DNA of 64,000 nt from Salpingoeca rosetta (taxonomy: Eukaryota; Protista; Choanoflagellata): contig JAWQFM010000009.1 in the NCBI GenBank assembly GCA_033442325.1, positions 1,405,672-1,469,671 of the forward strand, in the 5' to 3' direction. Below, piece after piece: positions 1 through 19,215 of this stretch. Below the pieces are notes generated by a model. It was not told the DNA's origin. It did not search any database and worked only from the letters and a program-made list of their open reading frames with translations. Numbering within the stretch: position 1 is the first letter of the stretch; each line of letters begins with the position of its first letter. The position numbers and the translations under genes were made by a program.

Positions 1-1865
1 CAAGAAGCGGGCAGAAGGGTTCGTCGAAGACTGAAGAGTGGAAACCGGGCAACAGAAACGAGAGCAGCGAGGGATTTGGTGGTGATCTGGACGTGCTGAC
101 GTGTTGCTTGCTTGGATTGGACAGTGAGCAGGTGGAAGAGGAGAGGGGGGAGGACGGGTGTAGTCGGTTGCAGGTAGTGGCAGGACGGAGGCTGAGATGG
201 TAATGTTGTTCAGGTGAACGTGTGGTTCTCGGGCGGACGAGGAGTGCTGGTGCTACAGAGAAAATGAACGACCGCACACACTAGCGTCCCTGAACAAAAG
301 TAGCAGATGTGCACACACAGACACACATACGCACACACACACATGCAGCAAGAAAGCGATGGCGCGCACAACACAACACAGCACAACAGAGAAAGCGTGT
401 GGGTGAGGTACCATGTGGCGCGAAAGGAAAAAAAAATGCTATTGGCGTGACACGGACGCAACGGTTTTGGGTGTTGGGGCCAATGAGGTTGGCGCGAATA
501 CGGCGCGCCCAACCAAGCAACCAAGCAACCACGCAATCGAGCCACAAAGCAACAAGGTAACCAAGCAACCAAGTCCACAACACGAATACGCACGAATGCG
601 TGGTTTGTGGTTGTGTTGTGTGGCGTGCGCAAAGACTGCAATCGTAGCACATACCGACTTGCTTGGCGACATCAGGTGGCTGGCAGTTGAGTGCATGTTG
701 GTGCCAACGTGGTTCTTGAGAGCCATGATGAGCAAAATGCATGGCGGCGTGGCGTGTGCCTCGGCATCAACGAAAGCCAACCCGGTTGTGACTGCATGTG
801 AAGGCGCAACTGCTCAGGCACAGACGCTTATGCTTTCGGGGCCTCCATACACCAAGTGAAGAGTCTCCATCAAATGGAAACAGGGTGTAGGAGGGAAGAA
901 CTACTGTGTTGCAGCACGAGTGCTGCTGCAAACCAGCATGAGGTTGTTGAACGGTGGCACGAAGATTAAGGTTGAGGTGTTGAGAGGCGAGGATTGCTGC
1001 GCGCGCACGTGTATGTTGCGCGCTTGAGGGCATGGAGCTGCATGTTACGGGGTTCTGCTTCTCATTGTCTCATTGTCTCACTGCCTCGCTTTCTCGCTAT
1101 GCAAGGGGGGGGGAGGAAGGAAATGAGTATGGCATGTAATCACCGGTGTATGTGGCAAAACCCAACAGAAGTGTTTGTGATGAATCATGCATGTGCTTAC
1201 CGCTACGGGTGAGTGCTGGAGCCAGGCTGCACATGGTACAGCACACGTTACAGCATGTCCGCGAGTGTGCGCTTCTTGCTTGCTAGTTGCGACATCCAGG
1301 GCGTTTCCTTAGCGCACACTTGTAGCGAATGTTGATTTAGCTACCGTCATTGACCGCGAACCAGGCACACCTGAGATGTTCACGCCACAAACAAAGTGTG
1401 CGTGAGCACCGTGAGAACAGTACCGCAGCAAACGCCTGCATTACCACCAGCACACTAGCAGAGACAAGTGTGTGCGTGTGTGTGTGTGCGTGTGTGTGTA
1501 TGTGTGTGTGTGTGTATGTGTGTGTGTGTGTGTATGTGTGTGTGTGTGTGCGCGCATGTCCAGTTCCGAACTCCCAGCGCGTAAGCGAGACACAAACACA
1601 AAAACACACACACACACACACGAACACACACACACGCACACACATACGCACGAGCGAACCAGCGTCACTCACGTGGTCGGGCGTGTGGCAGCTAAGCGTA
1701 TGGGTGATCCCTGGCCACAAGCTTCACTCGGCGTTGTGCAGGCCACGCAGCGACACTGATGATGATGATGATGGCAGTCGTTCGTGAAGCAGTGTTGATT
1801 TGTTCGATGCAAGTTGGGAAGATTAAAGGGTGACGCCGACAATTTTCGGCACTGTGAGGACGACG

Positions 1866-3617
1866 ATGCTTCGTGGTGTGTGCCATGTCTCGTCCTGCTT
1901 CAGCTTCAGCTTCAACAGTGGTGTGATTCGTGCGTGTCAAGGTCGGGTATCGACAGCGCAAGTGCTCCAGCCACGATTGCACTCGATCGTGTGTTCGTTG
2001 AATCAGCAGCAGGAACAAAGACGTCGCATTCACGCGCACAGCACAGCGGCCATGAGCAAACAGGAAAGCAGCAGTGGCAGTGATGCAGATTGGAAGGCCT
2101 TTGTGTCGCCGCCAGCCACTGGGAACACCGACATCCCACCCTTTCACCACGCTTTCCCAGGTTCGCACATGCAGATGTGTGTGTGGACATGTTTTTGCAC
2201 TTTTGTGTGTGTGTGTGTATGTGTGTGTATGTGTGTGTATGTGTGTGTGTGAATGTGCGCATGCTTTCGTACATCTCTCTCTCTCTCTCTGTCTCTCTCT
2301 GTCTCTCTGTCTCTCTGTCTCTCTGTCTCTCTGTCTCTCTCTGTCTGTCTGTGCATGCGTGACAGTTGCGGCTCGCGCTGACATGCGTTTTGCGTTGGCA
2401 CTTCTTTTGTGATCCCTGCGCGGTTGCCAGTGCACGATGTGAATGTTGCGAGGGAATTCTACGGCGGCGTGCTTGGCCTCGAGGTACGAGCTCAATGTGA
2501 CAAAGCACATCTTCATTTCAAGCGTCGTTGTGTTTTCTTGGTTTTGTTCATGCCAACCGTGTTGTGCCACTGGTTGCTTGGTTTCAACTTGCTTGGTTTC
2601 AACTTGCTCATGCCAACCGTGGTGTGCCTTGTTGGATGCCTCTGCTGTTCTTCAGGAGGGCCGCTCTGCTGACGATTGGGGTGAGCGAGCGAATGAGTGA
2701 ATGCGAACGCGAGGGTTCATGTCTGCACGTAGTTGAGTGATTGCTTTGCTTGAGTCATTGCTTTGGTTGTGCGTCGCGGGTGCTTTTAGCGCGTGGGTAC
2801 ACATGATTGCTTGTGTGACTGAATGCGTTGCCACACCTCTCATTTACAGTGCTGATTGCTGAACTTTTGGGTTTTGTAGTTGACTACAACTTCTTTGGGC
2901 ACCAGATTGTGGCCCACCGCTCCGACAGTCTCCCCAAGGACCATTTTAACCCGGTCGACGGCCACGACGTTCCAGTTCCTCACTTGTGAGTGATTGTGTG
3001 TGTTTGTGTGTTTGTGTGTTTGTGTGCGCGTGTAAGTGAGTGTGTGCGTGCTTTTGTGTGCGTGCTTTTGTGCGCGTGCTTTTGTTCGTGTGCTTTTGTG
3101 CGCATGCTTGTTGCTCGTTTCAATGTGAATCGCTGAGAGCACGTGGCGTGTTCGAATGTTGCCGCCTTCTGCACTCATCTGACGGCCATATCATTGCGCT
3201 TTCTGCTTGCATCCAATCACCTGCCGCGTGTGCAAGTGGGGCTGTGTTGTCCTGGGAGGGATTTGACCGCCTTGCCGAGCGCCTCAAGCAGCACAATGTG
3301 AAGGTGTTCTCACGTGCTGCTCATGCCCCCACTACTTGCATCTGGTTGCTGTTGTCTTTGTTTCCGTTTGCTTGCGTTGTTTTCTTTTTCATTTCTTCTT
3401 CGCCCACGTGCGGCATCAACCAGCTCACTCTATCTTGTGTGCGCACGTTTGTTGTGGGGCTGCAGTTTATTATTGAGCCGCACGTGCGCTTTCCTGGGCT
3501 GGCCGGCGAGCAGAAGACCATGTTCTTCAAGGACCCCAGCGGCAACAACCTCGAGTTCAAGGTGTGAACGTTGTGCGTGTGTATGTGTGTGTGTGTGTGC
3601 GTGCGCCTGTGTGTGTA

Positions 3618-3649
<32 letters not shown>

Positions 3650-3674
3650 CGTGCGTCTGTGTGTGTATGTGTGC

Positions 3675-3705
<31 letters not shown>

Positions 3706-3962
3706 TGCGTGCGTGTTTGTGCGTGCGTGCGTGCATGCACGTGGCTGTGTGTCTGTCTATCCGCCTCTGTTGGTTGTGTGTGATGTGACTCTGTTGTGTT
3801 TTGCTTGTGAGATCTCTCAACACCAACCCTACTTCTATACCCACTCATTTACTGACACATGCGCTCATACTCATACACCCACGCTTGCTTTGTGTCTTTA
3901 TGTGGTTCATTTATTATCCTCAGGCAATGCGCAACCCCACTTACTTGTTCCAGAAGCAGTGA
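1866..3962 (+). CDS. VOC-superfamily (glyoxalase/extradiol dioxygenase-like) protein, 7 exons, with N-terminal extension
   Basis: Exons 1866-2160, 2431-2483, 2656-2680, 2880-2985, 3237-3303, 3466-3561, 3924-3962 splice in frame (GT-AG): [46 protein letters not shown]...[17 protein letters not shown]...[37 protein letters not shown]. His/His/Glu metal-ligand pattern of VOC proteins. Start ATG is less certain. Confidence 0.9.
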
Positions 3963-4207
3963 ACTGCAAACAGGCAGCGCACACCAAAATGATGCTGCAC
4001 GTTTCGTTAACCCCTCACCTCACCCCACTTCGGGTTTGTCCTCAAAAACCGTCACGGCAATGGCAGCAAGTGCCCGGTCGTGGCTGCGTGCCAAGTAAAC
4101 AACCAAACAACACCACCAAGCAAGCAAGCCACAGCGAACGCATGCATCAGGGGCGGCCACGTCAACAACAAATCATGGTTCCCCTGTTTTCGGCGCTGCG
4201 GTTGCGG

Positions 4208-4928
4208 CTATGCGTAGCCGTACTCGTGATGCTGTTCGTGCTGTTCTTCTTCTGCTGCGGGTGCGCCCGTCGTTGGGCGGCCTTGTTGCGCCTGCTTGGC
4301 CGTCTCCTCCTGTTTCAGCAGCGCCGCAGACTTGAGTGTCATGATCTTTGGCTTGCACATGACCTGGTTGTAGGTGTCAGCAACGAAACAAGTGGGCGTA
4401 GGTAGGTTTGAGAAGGGTGACAGGTTGTAATGGCAGGTGTCACCAACAATCCAACAACGAAGCGATCTCAGGCGAGTCGGCAGGCATGGCAGGTGGGTTG
4501 AAGATGCACACTCACGCACATATGTTCACGTTCAAGCACACACACACATGTTCACGTTCAAGCACACACACACACACACACACACACGTTCACGTTCAAG
4601 TGCATACATACATGTTTACACACGCGCGCGCACACACGCATGCACGCACCGGTGCTTTGACGTTTGGTTGTGAATACACTGGTCCTTGCTTTGGAATCAC
4701 CATGGGGATGCTTGCACTGGAGGTGCCAGCAGAGGCCTTGTTCGACTGCAATTTGTGTGTGTTTGTGTGTGCATGAGTGTGTGTGTGTGCATGAGTGTGT
4801 GTGTGCATATGTGTGTGTGCATGAGTGTGTGTGGTGGGAGGGGTGGGTACCCACATCCCAGCCAGTTTGCAACCACCCACATCCATCCATCCATCCGTCC
4901 ATCCACAACAGTCAACGACCTCGCTCAT
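4208..4928 (-). CDS. BBIP1: BBSome-interacting protein 1 (BBIP10/BBS18), 3 exons
   Basis: Exons 4928-4920 (MSE), 4745-4650 and 4363-4208 give ...[44 protein letters not shown]..., matching the BBIP10 core VLPKQG...VLCKPKLLPLKS. Confidence 0.85.
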
Positions 4929-5333
4929 GTTTCCGGCTGTCGCTTGTCGTCGTTACTCAGTCGTCAATTTGTGCTGTTTGTTTTCCAAAGTACTTCGTCG
5001 TCGCATTCGCCCGAATTCGCTCCGCTTCGCCATCATCCGGGACGGCTGATATTTTGTGGGCATCTTCACAGTTTCTTCCAATGGATGCAGGTGTGCAAAA
5101 GCAAACAATCGCTCCTTCCTTGGTTGGGCAGCAGTGGCATTGTTGGCGTGCTGCTGCTCAGCGTGCGTGCGTGCGTGTGTGTGTGTGACACACATTCCGA
5201 CCAAGTCGTTGCTCGAGTTTCTCTGCCGCGAATCAATGCCCCACACACACGCACGTTGTTCTATTTTGTTTTGTTTTGGTTGTTTTGTTTTTGTCGTTGC
5301 CTTCGCTCGCTTCGCTTCTCTTGGTTGGCTGGC

Positions 5334-5346
5334 GTTGCCTTGCAAC
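5334..5346. promoter_or_regulatory. Candidate RFX X-box upstream of BBIP1
   Basis: GTTGCCTTGCAAC resembles the X-box GTTGCCATGGCAAC; about 400 bp upstream of a ciliary gene ATG. Confidence 0.4.
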
Positions 5347-6386
5347 TTTGGGTGGTTGCTCAGCCACACCCCCACAATTGCCCGACCGACCGCGCGAGCA
5401 AGAAAGCACAGCAAGCAGCGCAAGCAAACAAAGCACTGCTGCCACCGTTTCCTTTCTCGGCTCTGCTGTGCGCTGCTCCCTCTCGCCCTTATTGGCTTTG
5501 TTTTTTTTTTTGTCCTTGCTTCCCTCCCCCCGCTGCCGCGCGTGCGAAAGCGTGACACACGAGGCACACGCAGCACATTCCAACCAACCCTGTGCTCATA
5601 AGGGTTCCCAAACCCTCAAACTCTCCGACTTGCGCGTGTAGGGGTTCACTTGCTCCCAACCACACACCCGTTGCTCTTCTTTAAACACTGGCTGGGTTGC
5701 TTGCATTCAACAATTGGTTGCGTGTCTTGTGTTTATTCCGTGTGTCGTCTGTTTGTTTGGTTCTCTTGGCCACGAGTGCACACAAACACACACACACACA
5801 CACATACACACAACACACACACACACACAATAGTCTTGATTGGTTGGAGGTTGTGACCCACCCGCGACACGCCATATCGCCTCTTTGTCTCCTTCCACCC
5901 ACCCCCAGTTCCCTTTCCTCTTCTGCCCCCTTCCCACACCACACACACACACGCACACACCCCATTCCCATTTGAGCCGCATTGTTTGCCGCCCATCCCA
6001 CCACCACCACCACCAACACCAACACCAACAACACTCGCCATTGTTGGTCTTCCTACACACAAGGTCAGTTTGCCATGACATTGATTGTTCGTGTCGCCTA
6101 CCTTGGTTTCCCTGTTTGAGTGGCACGCACACGCATACACGCACCCACGCACGCATACACACACGCACACGCACACATCCACACACACACACACACACAC
6201 ACACGCACCCTCCCTCTTGTGTCATTCCAATCCATTGTGTGTGTGTGCGCGCGCACCGCACACTCCAATCAACACACTGTTCGTTGTTTTCCCCCTTCTC
6301 TTCTCCTCCTAGCGACCTACACACGCCCGCTCACTTCCCATCATCCATTTTTCACGAACCATCACCCGTCTCATCACCATCGCCAC

Positions 6387-6409
6387 AACAACAACAACAA
6401 CAACAACAA

Positions 6410-6455
<46 letters not shown>
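6387..6455 (+). repeat. (CAA)n(CAG)n trinucleotide repeat upstream of warts
   Basis: Directly visible; not joined to a recognisable coding exon. Confidence 0.85.
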
Positions 6456-6456
<1 letters not shown>

Positions 6457-7162
6457 CCAACGGCAGCCATCGTTTGCCGACACCCTACACACGTCCCCCT
6501 ACACACGTCCCCCCACACACGTGCGCGACCCGTGCTTCGAGTTCCGTTGCAGCACATCACACACACGCGCGCGCGCGCAAACTCCCCTACCATTGCCGCG
6601 CACCGTTCCATTCATTGATCGCAGCCGCTTTTGAGTGCTGATTCCTGCCTGGCATTGGCTCGGCTCACTGACAATCCGAACACTGCACCAGTCCATCCAT
6701 CCATCCAACTCCATCAATCCAATCCAATCTCAGCCAATTCATCCACGAGTTGACCCAAAGCCCCGCCCGCACAACAACAGCAGTGGCAACACCACCATCA
6801 TCACCAACACCACCACCAGCAACAAGTCAGGCACACCAGTGGCAACCGTCGCGCCGCCACAAGCACAAACAAAGGCCAGCCAAACAAACGGAAACCAGCC
6901 AGCCAGCTAGTCAGCCGGCCAGCTCGCTCACAACGACTGTTCCTCCACCCTCAATTGCTCGCCTCGCCCTTCCACTTTCTCCTTCGCCGCCGCGGCCGCC
7001 TGCTTGTGCGTGTGCGTGTGCGTGTGCGTGTGCGTGCGTCCAGGCACGAAACAAAGCGCACTTGCTTTGGTGTTGGCATTGGGCGACTGCAGCCGCTCGT
7101 GACAACTTCCACACCCCACCACGGTCCAGGTACCCGCCATCAAGGCCACCGCCACCGCCGCC

Positions 7163-11296
<4,134 letters not shown>

Positions 11297-11583
11297 ACTT
11301 GATAGTTGTCGTGCTGCGTGGGGTGCTGCTGGTATTGGTGATGTGACAGCAGGGTGGTGTGTTGTTCCACCCCTGGCTCGCCCTGCTCACGCGTCGTTGT
11401 TCAATGTTGTTGTTGCTGACATGATTTGTAGTCTCGGATAATCGCCCCCCCCCCCTTTCCCCTCGTCTTTCCCTTCCCCTGCCCCTCCCATCGTTTGCCA
11501 AGCGCCGTGCGCTGTCGCATACTCGAACGAACCAACAGTTGACATTGACACACACACACACACTTCACCCTTTCTCTTGTTCC

Positions 11584-12045
11584 TTGTCGTTGTTTCTGTG
11601 TGCTCTCGCGTGACATTCGCTATTTCGCTTCTCTTCGCTCGTCTTGGTGTCATCACTCGCTGTCACGTCATTTCATGGCATTGTGCTGTCTTTCTCATGC
11701 GTGGAATGTGTGTGAAACGTGATTTTGGTTTTTGGGACTGGCTACGTTCGCTCTGCGTATTGTGATCATGAGTGACTCCAAGCTTCTTCATACAAGATGC
11801 AATTTTAATGCAGTTCAAAGTTGACCACTTGAAAGGAAGAATCGCAGAAGAAGTGGGAGTGCGGGTACGTTGGAAGGGGCGGGAATGAAAGGCAATGCGG
11901 GTATGAATGTATGACAAAAGTGGGTGAAGGGTTGCATGGAGATGGATGTGGGTGCTTCACGCCTTCTTGTAGAAGAGGAGGTTTGATGCGCTCACGTTGG
12001 AATCCACGGAAAAGTCCTCTGTCACCGCAGACACATCAGAGCGTG

Positions 12046-12047
<2 letters not shown>
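11584..12047. repeat. Direct repeat copy A (~464 bp): duplicate of the FGFR1OP terminal exon and 3' region
   Basis: Near-identical to 12517-12979; the one difference I noticed is a 1-bp indel (ctctgcgtatt vs ctctggtatt). Confidence 0.93.
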
Positions 12048-12132
<85 letters not shown>

Positions 12133-12888
12133 TGTGTGTGTGTGTGAATGTAAGCGCTGTGCTTGGTGAAGTGAAGTCACAAACACAGTCCACGTAACAA
12201 AGACCAAATCACTGCTGTGCAGGACAGGAGAGTGTTGTTCCACCGCACCGATGAGGCTGATGATGAGCCCAAGATGGGGAATGGCGATGGACAGCGCAAC
12301 TGATAATGGTGGTTGTGGTGGTGGTGGTGAGACGCAAAAGGCCACGCATTGTAATGATAAGGATGGTGGTGACCACAAGAGAGGGTGCGTGGTGTGAGCA
12401 GGTGGGCGAGCACACAACGGCAGAGCACAGGGATGGATTCAGCGAACCACAACAGCAAGGCAGCGTTGAATTGTCATACCCAATGCGGCGACAATGAGGA
12501 GCATTGGCCAGCGTATTTGTCGTTGTTTCTGTGTGCTCTCGCGTGACATTCGCTATTTCGCTTCTCTTCGCTCGTCTTGGTGTCATCACTCGCTGTCACG
12601 TCATTTCATGGCATTGTGCTGTCTTTCTCATGCGTGGAATGTGTGTGAAACGTGATTTTGGTTTTTGGGACTGGCTACGTTCGCTCTGGTATTGTGATCA
12701 TGAGTGACTCCAAGCTTCTTCATACAAGATGCAATTTTAATGCAGTTCAAAGTTGACCACTTGAAAGGAAGAATCGCAGAAGAAGTGGGAGTGCGGGTAC
12801 GTTGGAAGGGGCGGGAATGAAAGGCAATGCGGGTATGAATGTATGACAAAAGTGGGTGAAGGGTTGCATGGAGATGGATGTGGGTGCT

Positions 12889-17231
<4,343 letters not shown>

Positions 17232-17276
17232 CTTAGCTTGGCTGGTGGTTGCCTTGCTTGCTTGCTTGGCTGGTGG

Positions 17277-17290
17277 GTTGTAACGGCAAC
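17277..17290. promoter_or_regulatory. Candidate RFX X-box upstream of FGFR1OP
   Basis: GTTGTAACGGCAAC (reverse GTTGCCGTTACAAC), 46-59 nt upstream of the ATG, with one perfect GGCAAC half-site. Confidence 0.45.
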
Positions 17291-17662
17291 TGAATTCAGT
17301 TGTTAACATGTTTGGCTAGAAATTTAGTCCAAATCATTCATCAACCATCGTAGCACCTGTCCTTCCTTTGGCTGCTGTTTGTATTGTATCATTGGGTGTG
17401 TTGTTTGCGTGTTGTCCCTTCTTCCTCTTCCTCCCAAGAAGCTTCTTCCTTTCTTCTCTGCTCTGACCTCATCTTGACGTCAAGCACGGTCATTCCCAAA
17501 GGGGAATCAAAGTGTGAAGAACAAGAACACTACCAAGAAGCCGGCTTGTTGTGTTCACTTACCATCACAACAGAACCTGCAGAACATTGCCACTCACTGA
17601 CCTCCTGACGGAGAGCAACAACCGAGGACTGCACAGACTCGACTCACAACCGAGCGACGACG

Positions 17663-18816
17663 ATGAACGCAGGTGGCACCTCGCAGCTGCGGTGCATTTT
17701 GCTGGTGCTGGTGGCGGTGAGCTCGGCATGGCAAACCCTGGCAGCTGGCACGTGTGACAGCAATGCGCTACTGCAATGCGCTGTTCCCACGGCGTGTGAG
17801 GACCTGGACACCTTCCTGGCCTGCGCCACAGCAATCAACTGCCAGTCGGACCCGGCAGTGTCACAGGTGATTGCAGACCTGCGGGAATGCTTCAGCACTG
17901 CCGGCGGCGACAACGGAAATGGAGCGCCGCAGATGTGGACCGCAAACGGCACGCTGTACCTGCAGGCTGGCAACGACATTGTGTTCCAGACCAAAACGGC
18001 AAGCAGCAACAACAATGACCATCCCGTGAGCGTTACGGACATCAAGGGCGTTTTGTCAACACTGCCAACGCTGGCTTCGAAGGATGACGTGCAGCGCGTG
18101 AACGACACCGTGAGCGACGTGGAGGGCGCGCTGCGCACCGAAATCTCCACCACCAGCGAGGTGGTGACGGATGCGCTTGTGCCGCGATTCAGCTCCATGG
18201 AGGCCGCCATTGCCCGCTCTTTCGCTGCCATCAACGCGTCTCTCGCCGCCACGTGGTCGTCCCTGGATGGCGTCAACGCCAGCCTCACAGACAGCATCCA
18301 GGATGTGCAGCGGCATGTGAGCCGAGCCGCCGCGGAGGCCAGCATGGCCACCGGCGAGCTGAGCCAGGAGGTATCCACGCTCTTCGAGGGCGTGAATGGC
18401 GTTGTGGGCGAGCTTGCAGGCAAGGTTGTGGATTTGGAGGACACGACCCGCCAAGCAAACGACCATATCTCAACGCTGCTCTCAAACCAAGAAGTGTTTG
18501 AGGCTTTCCGCCAGGTGCGGGCGGCATGTGCTCTGTGCCTTGCCGTGCCGTGCTGTGCTGTGCTGTGCTGCGTGTGTGTGTGTGTGTGTGTGTATGTCTG
18601 TGTGTGTGTGTGTGTGAAAACACGCCACAGAAGCCTGCAATTCTCCGTTTGTCTCACAGGATTGATGTGATGGCTCTGTTGTTGGTGATACAGGCTGCCA
18701 GCCGTGGCTTGTCTGCCGATGCGCCTGCCACCACATGTCAGGAGGTCACATCGCGCAGTGATGGTGTCTTCTATTTCCAGAGTTCGACGGGCGGCACCTT
18801 CGAGGTCGACCTGCAC

Positions 18817-18911
<95 letters not shown>

Positions 18912-19180
18912 GCGCTCGCCTGTCGACTTTGTTGGACATTTTCGCTGGGCACAAGAACGCAGGGATACGCCAATGGTGTTGCAGCCTGATGTACATCCCC
19001 TGCCGCATTTCCCTTTCGTTTTCTTGCTTGCAGGCATTTTGCGATCTGACACGAGACGGTGGCAACTGGGCGAAAGTGCTGCAGTACCCTGGCCAAGACT
19101 TTTCGGGATGGAAAAGTGGCTCTGGTCAGAGAGAGAGTGTGTGTGTGTGTCAGTGTGTGCGTGTGTGTGTGTGTGTGTGT

Positions 19181-19215
<35 letters not shown>

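Noticed and set aside
1-1800. Possible gene in the first 1.8 kb (ORFs 413-859 +, 439-780 -, scattered splice-like sites)
   Set aside because: I could not assemble a consistent spliced frame or recognise any motif.
5840-6641. Poly-Q ORF as an extra warts N-terminal exon
   Set aside because: Embedded in CA repeats, ends in a stop codon, and has no clear in-frame donor linking it to 7163; the ATG at 7163 has a strong context.
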